From IMG/VR virus record IMGVR_UViG_3300025000_000086, positions 6,791 through 70,790 of that record: a DNA stretch of 64,000 nucleotides; one strand, written 5' to 3'. Made by a program: the position numbers and the translations under genes. Each line of letters begins with the position of its first letter. Position 1 is the first letter of the stretch. The notes beneath the pieces are model-generated. The model had not been told where the DNA came from. It saw only the letters and a list, made by a program, of their open reading frames with translations, and made no database searches. Positions 10,926 through 20,319 of the stretch are shown piece by piece. The stretch comes from a virus.

Positions 10926-12074
10926 ATCATTAAATCTTTTAAAATTCAATTAGAACCTAATAACAAACAATCTACTATTCTTTTTCAATGTAGTGGTACT
11001 AGTAGGTGGGCATATAATTTTGCTCTATCTAAAATACAAGAACATTATAAAGAAACAGGTAAATTTTTAAATGATGGTGAGATACGGAAACAACTTACTC
11101 AATTAAAGAAAAATGATAAAAAATATAAATGGTTATATAAATATAGTAATAATATAACTAAGCAAGCGATAAAAGATGCTTGTAATGCTTATCAAAAGTT
11201 TTTCAAAGGATTAAGTAAGTTTCCTAAATTCAAGAGCAAAAAGAAATCTAAACCTAGTTTTTACAATGATACTTTTAAAATTAAGTTTACATCAAAACAT
11301 GTTCAATTAGAAAAAATAGGCAAAATAAGATTATCTGAAAAAGATAGAATACCACAAGGAAAATATATGAATCCTCGTTTAACTTATAATGGTTTAAATT
11401 GGTATTTATCTATTGCTGTTGAAATTAAGAATGAAATTAAACCTATTTTAACTAATGAATCAATTGGTATAGATGTTGGTGTAAAAGATTTGGCAATATT
11501 AAGTAATGGAATAGTATATAAGAACATAAATAAATCTAAAAAAGTAAAGAAATTAGAGAAAAAATTAAAAAGATTACAACGTAAATCTTCTAAAAAATAT
11601 GAGAAAAACAAACAAGGAAATAAAATTATTAAAACTAATAATATAAAGAAACTTGAAGTTAAAATTAGAAAAATACATAAAATGTTTACCAATATTCGTA
11701 CTGATTATATTCAAAAGACAACTACAGAGATAGTGAGAACCAAACCATCTCAAATAGTAATGGAAACATTAAATATAAAAGGTATGATGAAAAATAAACA
11801 TTTAGCAAAATACATGCAAAAACAAAAATTATTTGAATTTAAAACATTAATAAAATATAAAAGTAATAAATATGGTATTAATTTTATAGAAGTAGACAGA
11901 TGGTATCCTTCTTCTAAAACTTGTTCAGAATGTGGTTATGTAAAATCAAAATTAAGTTTAAAAGAAAGAGAATTTATTTGTGAAGATTGTGGAATTGTAA
12001 TTGATAGAGATTTAAATGCAGCAATTAATTTATCACGATATAGTGACAATACTGTGAGTTACACAGAATTTTAA
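10926..12074 (+). CDS. tnpB: RNA-guided endonuclease TnpB (IS607-type); full ORF starts at a non-canonical ATC
   Basis: Stop-free frame from xIKSFKIQLEPNNKQ (HTH) after GAAAGGAGG; RuvC GIDVG, IVMETL, DRDLNAAIN intact; CSEC/CEDC zinc finger. Confidence 0.92.
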   Translation: MIKSFKIQLEPNNKQSTILFQCSGTSRWAYNFALSKIQEHYKETGKFLNDGEIRKQLTQLKKNDKKYKWLYKYSNNITKQAIKDACNAYQKFFKGLSKFPKFKSKKKSKPSFYNDTFKIKFTSKHVQLEKIGKIRLSEKDRIPQGKYMNPRLTYNGLNWYLSIAVEIKNEIKPILTNESIGIDVGVKDLAILSNGIVYKNINKSKKVKKLEKKLKRLQRKSSKKYEKNKQGNKIIKTNNIKKLEVKIRKIHKMFTNIRTDYIQKTTTEIVRTKPSQIVMETLNIKGMMKNKHLAKYMQKQKLFEFKTLIKYKSNKYGINFIEVDRWYPSSKTCSECGYVKSKLSLKEREFICEDCGIVIDRDLNAAINLSRYSDNTVSYTEF

Positions 12075-12219
12075 GCCTTTGGACTACTAAATCAAACAGG
12101 AGTAGAAATATCGAAACTGGGTAGGATGAATAAGGAAATAAACATAAAAGTTAATAAATTGAAATAGATTTATAATTTTTTGTAAGTTTTATATAACGGA
12201 GTTATGATTGAATTAGGAA
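12040..12219 (+). ncRNA. putative TnpB omegaRNA scaffold plus guide
   Basis: Structured region overlapping the tnpB 3' end, ending ...TAAGTTTTATATAACGG (IS607-like right end at 12199), followed by flanking guide sequence. Confidence 0.6.
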
Positions 12220-12380
12220 TGGCAATTGCTTTAAATAAGAAAGTATATTTATTTAGAGATGATTTTAGAAAATGTACAGATTCAGGTAAATATCCATTAA
12301 ATTTAATGTTGTTTACAGGATTACCTAAAGATGATTGGGAGAAATATTACTTTACTTCAGTGGAAGAAATAAATTTTTAA
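12198..12380 (+). pseudogene. 3' half of a nucleoside 2-deoxyribosyltransferase gene
   Basis: Translates GVMIELGMAIALNKKVYLFRDDFRKCTDSGKYPLNLMLFTGLP; no 5' half seen upstream. Confidence 0.75.
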
Positions 12381-12404
12381 TAATAAATATAAAAGGAGAT
12401 TAAT

Positions 12405-12668
12405 ATGAATCCAGAAGAATATCAACAACTAAGAATAAAAATAAACACAGATATTAAAAATTTATGGATAAACACACCTATAGAAGATAAATATTGTTAT
12501 GGTTGTATTGATTATGAGCATTATCCTGTTCGTGGTTCTGGTGCTCCTGAAAGACAATCGTATACTAGATGTACTACATTAGGAATGACTTGGGAATGTA
12601 GTAATAATAAAAAGAAAGTAGAAAGAATTATAGAATGTTTCTTAGGCAATTATAAAACAACAAAATAA
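12405..12668 (+). CDS. hypothetical protein
   Basis: AAGGAG RBS. Confidence 0.65.
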   Translation: MNPEEYQQLRIKINTDIKNLWINTPIEDKYCYGCIDYEHYPVRGSGAPERQSYTRCTTLGMTWECSNNKKKVERIIECFLGNYKTTK

Positions 12669-12906
12669 TAAAATAAATAAGGAGAGAATTGATTATGGAA
12701 GAAGGAGAATAAATTATGAATAATAAAAATGAAGAATTATTAGTTAAAATAAAATGCCCTAAATGTGGGAAAGAAGAATATTTACCAACATGTATTAAAT
12801 TACATGATTTAAAACTATCTTATCAATGTAATTATTGTTTATATAAAGAATTCATAAAAACTGCACACATTAGAACAGATGAATGGTTATAAAGGAGAAA
12901 TAAAAT

Positions 12907-13104
12907 ATGTCAAAACCACTCATAGAATTAATAACTTGCAATGCAGGTGATTGGAGTGTATTAAGAGTTAATTTAGGAGAAGATTATGAATATCAAGGTC
13001 ATTCAATCCCTGAAGGTGAATGGATTAGATTAATAAAATTGTTAGGTTATAAAGTTGAAGAAAGAAATATATCAGATGAAGATATGGAATATGGAAATTA
13101 TTAA
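12907..13104 (+). CDS. hypothetical protein
   Basis: AAGGAG RBS. Confidence 0.65.
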   Translation: MSKPLIELITCNAGDWSVLRVNLGEDYEYQGHSIPEGEWIRLIKLLGYKVEERNISDEDMEYGNY

Positions 13105-13336
13105 TATGAAGAATATAAAACTAATTAAAATAGACCAAGTTAATTTTCTATGGTTTACTTGGTTTAATAATAAAAAATACTCTATTATATGGGAAATTGA
13201 TTTTAAAAATATCTGGTGGTTTCCTAAATTTATAAATGAAAAACATACTGTTCATTGTGGATGGTTATTCTTTCAAATAGGATTTAGTAGATCTCCAGAA
13301 AGTAAATAAATATCATAAACTAAAAGGAGAATTAAT

Positions 13337-13885
13337 ATGAAAATTAAAATTATACAATCAACATATGATGATTATTGGTATAGTGAACATATCGGAGAAG
13401 AATTTAAAGTAGAAGAAAATGGTATTTGTGATTATAGAATTACTGATATTAATTCTGAACATTATAATAATTATATTTCAAAAGAAGATTGTGAAATTAT
13501 AGAAGACAAAGAAATTATAAATGAGATAATAAAAGAAAATAAAAATAATCTATATTATAATACTAATCTTGAAATGTATCACATCAAACTACAAGATTAT
13601 AGAATAAAGGTTGTCTGTAATAAATGCTATAAAAACGGTCAAGTTGATGAGAAATGTTCTGAATGTGGTGGAAAAGGTATTCATAATAAAACTAAACAAA
13701 AATGGGAAGTATCTAAGAAATTAGTTTCAATAGATAAAATTGATCGAGATAAAGATGGAGAATTACGATATTGGGAAGATAAAAGTTGTTTCTTTTATGA
13801 AATGGATAAATATTTACATTTTTCATATCAAGATGCTAAGAATGAATGTAAGAGAAGAAATAATGTGATTTTAAAAAATTCTTAA
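13337..13885 (+). CDS. hypothetical protein with CxxC..CxxCxGxG
   Basis: AAGGAG RBS; CNKC...CSECGGKG. Confidence 0.7.
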   Translation: MKIKIIQSTYDDYWYSEHIGEEFKVEENGICDYRITDINSEHYNNYISKEDCEIIEDKEIINEIIKENKNNLYYNTNLEMYHIKLQDYRIKVVCNKCYKNGQVDEKCSECGGKGIHNKTKQKWEVSKKLVSIDKIDRDKDGELRYWEDKSCFFYEMDKYLHFSYQDAKNECKRRNNVILKNS

Positions 13886-13914
13886 TATAATGACAATTGG
13901 TAATAACTTAAAAT

Positions 13915-13961
13915 ATACTAGATATGGTGTGTAAATATAAAATAACCACTATATCTAGTAG
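13915..13961. promoter_or_regulatory. tandem NrdR-box-like pair
   Basis: ATACTAGATATGGTGT (13915) and CCACTATATCTAGTAG (13946) fit acaCwAtATaTwGtgt, 31 bp apart. Confidence 0.6.
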
Positions 13962-14227
13962 TAAATCAATACAAATGTTCGAATTGGTGTTGATTTATAA
14001 ATTAAATTAAATAGGAGAGATATTATATGAAAACATTAGAAGATATTGGAGAAATTGTTTATATAGAAGGATTAGGATATGCAATACAATTATATCTCAA
14101 TGGTGAAGATATTGAAAATGAAGAATTAAAAGTTAAATGGTTACAATGTGCAAAATTAATGAATGAAATAGAAAATATTTTAAAACCTTATATGTATGAA
14201 TATTAAATTAAAAGGAGGAATTAAATT

Positions 14228-14403
14228 ATGAAAAAATTTGTTGTGGAAATGGCAGTAGGATTTTGTGCTAGTTTAATAGTAGATGCTAAAATAAAGAAGA
14301 AGCAATTAAATTAGCAAAAGAATTAGTTTTAGAAGATGCTACTGAATACTATGATGGAAATTTGGAAATAGAGGGTATTAATTTTGTAGATGAGATAGAA
14401 TAA
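14228..14403 (+). pseudogene. small gene with a 1-nt frameshift in an A run (or sequencing error)
   Basis: MKKFVVEMAVGFCASLIVDAK continues as NKEEAIKLAKE in another frame. Confidence 0.45.
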
Positions 14404-14428
14404 TTAAAATATAAAGGAGAGAGATTAT

Positions 14429-14956
14429 ATGAATTTTATAAAGGAAATTAAACAAATTAAAAAAATGTCATATGATGAATTTGAACAAAATAGAGAAAGA
14501 TATATTAAATTATGTAATTATATTAAAGAAACTTTTAATATTGATAATGATATAATTTCTAATATAGATATTGATTCTTTTTATATAAGTTATACAAATA
14601 AAAATTGGCATTTAGAAATATTTGAAAATCAATATGAACAAGAATTATGGTATAATTTATATATTAATAATTGTTTACATGATGCAGTACAATTAGTTGG
14701 AGAAAATGAATATTATAGTGTATTTTCTGAATATAATTTAATGGAACGTGAATTATATAATAACTTAATATTTTTAAAAGATAATAAAAGACAAAAAGTA
14801 GAGTATAGAACAATTAAAACAGATTATATTGAAGAAGAAGAAGATTGTGTAACTTGTGACTATTCTGAATTTGATAGTGATTCTGAATTAATGTGTACTT
14901 TACATGGATCTGTTCAAGATGACCGTAAACCATGTGAAGATCATACAAAAATATAA
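14429..14956 (+). CDS. hypothetical protein
   Basis: AAGGAG RBS. Confidence 0.7.
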   Translation: MNFIKEIKQIKKMSYDEFEQNRERYIKLCNYIKETFNIDNDIISNIDIDSFYISYTNKNWHLEIFENQYEQELWYNLYINNCLHDAVQLVGENEYYSVFSEYNLMERELYNNLIFLKDNKRQKVEYRTIKTDYIEEEEDCVTCDYSEFDSDSELMCTLHGSVQDDRKPCEDHTKI

Positions 14957-14971
14957 TTAAAATAGAAGGAG

Positions 14972-15952
14972 ATGAATATTATCAACACAAATATCCAAAC
15001 AAGATGTATAAACTCACAACAATATTCACTAGATAATCTATTTCATTTATGCAAATTAACAGACAATATCAGAAATATAGCATCAACTTCAGAAGGACTT
15101 AAATACCTAAAAACTATTCTGTCAGACAAACGTGCAATATTATACTTCAAACAAGCATCAACCAGAACATTTCTCTCATTTGAAAATGCGTGTCATATTT
15201 TAGGTATCTCATGTTCTGAAATTAGAGATACTAGTACATCCTCAGAAATTAAAGGAGAATCCGAATTAGATGCTATTAAAACATTCTCTCAATATGTAGA
15301 TTTAATTATTATGCGACATCCATCATCTGATTTTATCTATGAAATATCAGATAATTTACCTGATGATATGAGAATTATAAATGCAGGCTCAGGTTCAGAT
15401 CAACATCCAACACAAGCACTTTTAGACTTCTACACTATCTATAAATATGGATTAGAAAATAAAAAAATTGCATTTGTTGGTGATTTGTTAAGAGGAAGGA
15501 CTGTAAGATCACTTGCGTTATTATTAAATAAAATTAATGGGACTAAATTATATTTTGTTGCACCAAAAACATTTCAAATTAAATCTGATATATTAGAACA
15601 ATTGAATATTAATTATGAATTAACTGATGATTTTGAAAAGGTATTACCTGAGATGGATGTAGTTTATATGACAAGGTTACAAGATGAATATAAGCATGAA
15701 GGAATTAGTGAAAATGAAGTTATAGATACAAATAAATATAATATTAATAGTAATAATATAAATAAATTGAAAGATGATGTTATTATACTTCATCCGTTAC
15801 CTAGAAGAGAAGAAATTGCTGTTGAGATTGATAAAAATAAACGTGCTAAATACTGGGAACAATGCGAAAATGGAATGTGGATTCGTATTGCTTTAATTTG
15901 TAATATGTTTGAAATAAATGATATTAAGTTATTAGAGAAAAGAATTTATTAA
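14972..15952 (+). CDS. pyrB: aspartate carbamoyltransferase catalytic subunit
   Basis: FxxxSTRT, KGES, INAG..HPTQALLD, VGDL..GRTVRS, YMTRLQ, HPLPR motifs. Confidence 0.92.
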   Translation: MNIINTNIQTRCINSQQYSLDNLFHLCKLTDNIRNIASTSEGLKYLKTILSDKRAILYFKQASTRTFLSFENACHILGISCSEIRDTSTSSEIKGESELDAIKTFSQYVDLIIMRHPSSDFIYEISDNLPDDMRIINAGSGSDQHPTQALLDFYTIYKYGLENKKIAFVGDLLRGRTVRSLALLLNKINGTKLYFVAPKTFQIKSDILEQLNINYELTDDFEKVLPEMDVVYMTRLQDEYKHEGISENEVIDTNKYNINSNNINKLKDDVIILHPLPRREEIAVEIDKNKRAKYWEQCENGMWIRIALICNMFEINDIKLLEKRIY

Positions 15953-16050
15953 AATATAAAAAGGATAATAAAATATGAATAAACAATCTGAAATGATAGC
16001 AAAATGTCATAATCTAATAAATGAAATTGATGAAAATAAGGAGAAGATAT

Positions 16051-16371
16051 ATGTATAATGCTCATTATTTAAAAGAAGTTAAACTTTCAAAAGAAAAACA
16101 AAACGAGTGTATAAAAAATGGTAATGTATATTGGAGAAATAAAAAGATTTATTGTTTGACTTTAGTTGATGATACATTTGCTTTTGGATATGATATAAAA
16201 AGAGAAAAAGCTGATTATGTATATATTGAAAATTATACAGGGAATAATAAAAGTTTAGATATTCCTTGTTTAAATGTCAAGAATATAGCTAAAACTACTA
16301 CTAGCAATACAGTTATTTATAATATAAAGCATATTAAGATATTAGCGAATATTGAACATTGGTTGCATTAA
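16051..16371 (+). CDS. hypothetical protein (start MYNAHY)
   Basis: AAGGAG RBS before the ATG at 16051. Confidence 0.6.
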   Translation: MYNAHYLKEVKLSKEKQNECIKNGNVYWRNKKIYCLTLVDDTFAFGYDIKREKADYVYIENYTGNNKSLDIPCLNVKNIAKTTTSNTVIYNIKHIKILANIEHWLH

Positions 16372-16422
16372 TAATTGTACACAAATTTTGTCATTGATCA
16401 TGATATAGAAGGAGGTGTTAAT

Positions 16423-16671
16423 ATTTTAACTAAATTAATAAATAATAAATTAATCAACAATAAACTACAAGAAATAATTAACTATTTTGAATTAGAAGAA
16501 GGATATAATAAAGATGAAATTATATCTGATATTTTAAATAAAATTAAAGAATTAGATAATCATGATGCAAATGAGATAAATTTAGAATGGGATGGAAATT
16601 ATTTAACTAATTTAGATGATTTTATAAATCAATTCTATAATCAAATTATAAATGGTGATGCAATGTTATAA
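16423..16671 (+). CDS. hypothetical protein, probable ATT start
   Basis: GAAGGAGGTG RBS lies inside the called ORF, just upstream of ATT. Confidence 0.5.
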   Translation: MLTKLINNKLINNKLQEIINYFELEEGYNKDEIISDILNKIKELDNHDANEINLEWDGNYLTNLDDFINQFYNQIINGDAML

Positions 16672-16702
16672 GAAGTTATCAAAATAAATAAAGGAGAAAT
16701 AT

Positions 16703-16891
16703 ATGAAAATTGAAGAATCACTTAATATTTTATTTAATGAATTGGAAGAAAAGAGAATAAATTTATTAGATGAAATTAGATGGTATTCTGGAAAAGCAAT
16801 AAAATATAACAAAGAATTAACAATAATTGAAGAAAGAATATCTGCATTAAATGAAATTAAAAGATTATGTCAATTTAGATTATTAAAATAG
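16703..16891 (+). CDS. hypothetical protein
   Basis: AAGGAG RBS. Confidence 0.6.
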   Translation: MKIEESLNILFNELEEKRINLLDEIRWYSGKAIKYNKELTIIEERISALNEIKRLCQFRLLK

Positions 16892-16899
16892 GAGGAATT

Positions 16900-17097
16900 A
16901 TGTTTAATAATAAAAAGAATAATATTCAATTAGACGAAGATGAAAAAATTATAATAATTAGAAGTCTTGATAGATATTGTGATGAACTAAAACAAATTAT
17001 AAGTAATCCAGAAGTATCTAAAAATGATCTTTTATTTATATGTACTTCTAGTTATTTTAATTTAGTAGACTGTGTAAAAAGAAAGTTAAATGATTAG
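16900..17097 (+). CDS. hypothetical protein
   Basis: AGGAGG RBS. Confidence 0.6.
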   Translation: MFNNKKNNIQLDEDEKIIIIRSLDRYCDELKQIISNPEVSKNDLLFICTSSYFNLVDCVKRKLND

Positions 17098-17313
17098 AAA
17101 AGGAGATATATGAATACTAAATATAAATGGAAAATGAATATTCAAAAATATGATAAAGGCACTTTTCTATTAGGTTTAAATTTTAATACTAACGATGAGT
17201 ATGGTAAAGACGAAAGAGAAACTTATATATGTATTTATCTAGGAAAAATTATGATTATTGTTGGTAAATACCATTAAATTATATTCATTAAAAGGAGAAG
17301 GAGAAATAATAAC

Positions 17314-17712
17314 ATGAAATACGGAATAAAAGATATTTGTAGTTTGAGAATTTGTAATAATGCAGGCGAAACTTTATCAGATTGCAATATCCCTACAAGT
17401 GAAGCAATGAATTTTATACAAAATATTATAAAAGAAAAAAGTAATACAATTAAATCAACTGAAGAAGAAATAAAATTATTAGCACAATCAATGATAAATA
17501 AATTTAAGGAGAATGATATTATGAATAAACCACCACTAGGAATTATGCCTAAACATATCTATGAATTACAAAGAGTTCAAGATATTTGTAGGGCATTACA
17601 TGAATATTCTTGTTATGAACAATCAATTAATAATTATGAATTAATGATTAAATGGACAGAAGAATTAAATGAAAGATTAAGTCATTTAAAATATGATTTG
17701 GAAGATTTATAA
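17314..17712 (+). CDS. hypothetical protein with second internal start (MNKPPLGIMPK at 17521)
   Basis: RBS before both ATGs. Confidence 0.6.
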   Translation: MKYGIKDICSLRICNNAGETLSDCNIPTSEAMNFIQNIIKEKSNTIKSTEEEIKLLAQSMINKFKENDIMNKPPLGIMPKHIYELQRVQDICRALHEYSCYEQSINNYELMIKWTEELNERLSHLKYDLEDL

Positions 17713-17748
17713 TGTAAAAAATTATTAATATATGAAGGAGTAAACAAT

Positions 17749-17982
17749 ATGGCATACAACATCCATTCAGATCGACAATTCTTTGAGAAATTCCAACACA
17801 TAGAAAATAGAATCAAAGAATTATCTAATATATTTCAAAATGAATACATAGAAGTTTTAGATGTAGAATTTATAGATTGGATTAAAAATGCAAGACAATT
17901 GCAAATAGATTTCACTCAGTTAATTTATGAAAGTAAGAATAAATTTGTATGGAATTGTAAATATGATGATTGTGATTCTTGA
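17749..17982 (+). CDS. hypothetical protein
   Basis: GAAGGAG RBS. Confidence 0.6.
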   Translation: MAYNIHSDRQFFEKFQHIENRIKELSNIFQNEYIEVLDVEFIDWIKNARQLQIDFTQLIYESKNKFVWNCKYDDCDS

Positions 17983-18013
17983 TTAAAATAATTTCTAAGA
18001 AAGGAGGTTACAT

Positions 18014-18211
18014 ATGAACAAAAATAAAATTCATTTAGAAGCAGATGTACTAGAAAAATTTATAGAAATGAATAAATTAGAAGGTGCTAAAGAAGAGAGA
18101 AAAAGGATTGCTGAGAAATTAGTAGATGATGGTTATTGTTGTATTAAATTTCGTATTGCGTGTACTGATGATTGTGTAAATTGTATGGGAAATTATTTAG
18201 AATATGAGTAA
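18014..18211 (+). CDS. hypothetical protein
   Basis: AAGGAGG RBS. Confidence 0.6.
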   Translation: MNKNKIHLEADVLEKFIEMNKLEGAKEERKRIAEKLVDDGYCCIKFRIACTDDCVNCMGNYLEYE

Positions 18212-18431
18212 CGATAAAAAATATAACGATACATAAAGGAGATATATACTATGCCATTAGGTTTATTAATAGGTAAAGTAAATTGTCCAAAATGTGGAGA
18301 GTTAATTGTTAATCCTAAAGTTACTGATTTAGATGATAATGAAAAACCTATTATTATATGTAAATGCGGTAATTGGTTTGTGGTTGATTGTGAGAAACTA
18401 AGATATTAAAAAGGAGATACATTATATAAAT

Positions 18432-18650
18432 ATGAATAATTTAATATGTCCGTTTTGTTTGCAAGATATTTCAAATGGTAATCATGCTTGGAATTGTCCA
18501 ATGAATCCTGTGAATATTAATAATGGTGAATTTCAGTTGAATAATCATAAACATTTTAATAATTTGTTTACGTATCCTAAAAATCTAAATAAAATAATCG
18601 AAAATTCAAAAATTATAAAAATTGATATTCCACAAAGTGTTGATTTATAA
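18432..18650 (+). CDS. hypothetical protein (CPFC..H..NCP)
   Basis: AAGGAG RBS. Confidence 0.5.
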   Translation: MNNLICPFCLQDISNGNHAWNCPMNPVNINNGEFQLNNHKHFNNLFTYPKNLNKIIENSKIIKIDIPQSVDL

Positions 18651-18918
18651 GGGTTTGTGGGATCGGATTTCGTGATAAAAGTCATGTTTGGTTTGGTTAT
18701 GATCTATGATGATTTAAAAAAAGAAATTAAATTCAAATGATTTACTTAAAGAATTATTAGAACAGGCAGAAATAATTAATATTAAAGAATACGAAGATGA
18801 TATTGATTGTTTTCGTATTAATATAAGTGAACCTAATATTAATGATTTTATTTCTACATTAAAAGAAGAAATAAAAGATGAAATTGTAAAAATCCTTAAC
18901 AAAATATAAAAATAATTG

Positions 18919-18947
18919 TTGACAACAAACTAATAAAATGTTAAAAT
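18919..18947 (+). promoter_or_regulatory. sigmaA-type promoter for the large ncRNA
   Basis: TTGACA-17 bp-TAAAAT with TG extended -10. Confidence 0.75.
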
Positions 18948-18952
18948 AATAA

Positions 18953-19568
18953 TGCACAAAACAATAAAAAAAATTATTGGAAAGCACTATGGAGATTAGT
19001 TAGGGAGTGCAATAGGGATATTAAATTCAGATGAATTAGATTAATCCATTAATGGACTTAGATAAACAGGATAGTCTGTTAATATTCCTTTCTGCTGTTG
19101 TGGGTTTCAGTAGATAAAAATAATCCGAGAGTTACGGATAAGAAAATAACTCATATGTGAAGTTTGGTGGGTATATGCAATGAATTTATATAGTTATGAC
19201 AGAGTATCTGTATAATGGAAATTGTATATGGGATGATTAAGATAATACATGAAAACTCTGTTGTTTTACATCTTAGTCATGGTCTATAAAGGTGGGAATA
19301 TAGACAAAAATATTTTAAACCGTTGTTGTTTTAAAATGGGATTACATGTAAATGTAATGAGGTGTAGGATAACTTAAGTATCTGAGGGTGGAATTTCTTT
19401 TTCTCAACAATCAACTAACCATCAATCCCCAAAATTGATTGCATTGGTCAAGCAAAACAACAGGTATGACTAAAGCATACTTGTTGACAAGAAGACTAAT
19501 CCGTATTGGTTAGTACGGTTATATAAAGTAGTAGGTATTTTGGGTAGTTACTACTTTATATATTTCTT
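18953..19568 (+). ncRNA. large (~600 nt) highly structured ncRNA candidate
   Basis: ORF-free, G/U-enriched, many hairpins with G-U pairs, several pseudoknots, promoter and terminal hairpin. Confidence 0.75.
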
Positions 19569-19597
19569 TATATTAAATGAAAAAGGAGAAATATATT

Positions 19598-20005
19598 ATG
19601 AATACAAAATTGTTAAAAATAATAAAAATGTTACAAGATGAGGTACAATTACATATTGACACTATGAAGAAAATTGAACAAGAATTAGTTAATCAAGAAG
19701 AAAATATAAAATATACTAATTGGGATATTTCAACAAATAATATTATTGCTGATAGTATCACTATTAAAGAAAATGGTGAAATATTATTAAGAATAGATAA
19801 AGATGGTATTACAACATCAAGCAAAGTAAAGGAATTAAAAGAAGAAGATGAAACAGATAAATTTATTAATTTTCTTTTAGATTTAGAAAAAAGAATTACA
19901 AAATTAGAAAATAATAAATTAGATAATGATATAAAAAATATTAGCAATAAAGTTGTAGAAAATATTTTTAATAGTTTAAAAAGAATGGATAAAAATATTA
20001 AATAA
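19598..20005 (+). CDS. hypothetical coiled-coil protein
   Basis: AAGGAG RBS before MNTKLL. Confidence 0.65.
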   Translation: MNTKLLKIIKMLQDEVQLHIDTMKKIEQELVNQEENIKYTNWDISTNNIIADSITIKENGEILLRIDKDGITTSSKVKELKEEDETDKFINFLLDLEKRITKLENNKLDNDIKNISNKVVENIFNSLKRMDKNIK

Positions 20006-20064
20006 ATAGTATATTTAGGGTATTGTTAATATGATACCCTAAATATCAACATTAAGGAGATTAT

Positions 20065-20292
20065 ATGATAACTTACAATAAAAATGGCGAACCAGAATTA
20101 AATGAATATGTTAGAAGTATTAGAGATTTAGAATATATTATGGGTAATTTAAATGATGCTATTATGGAATTAAATAATGATGCAAAAGAAATTACAAATA
20201 AGTTTAATGAATTAAAACAATATACTGAGGGATTAGAGGAATTACTTGATAGACATGAGATTGATTATGAATATAAAAATATTGATATATAA
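20065..20292 (+). CDS. hypothetical coiled-coil protein
   Basis: AAGGAG RBS. Confidence 0.65.
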   Translation: MITYNKNGEPELNEYVRSIRDLEYIMGNLNDAIMELNNDAKEITNKFNELKQYTEGLEELLDRHEIDYEYKNIDI

Positions 20293-20319
20293 TAAAATAA
20301 TAAATAAAGGAGAATACTT

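Noticed and set aside
11367-12074. TnpB as a truncated 235-aa pseudogene
   Set aside because: The frame is open upstream to 10926 and includes the HTH N-terminus and an RBS
18953-19568. Large non-coding region as a group I/II intron, tmRNA or riboswitch leader
   Set aside because: No flanking split exons, no P7 or domain V signature, no tRNA-like ends; it has its own promoter and terminal hairpin
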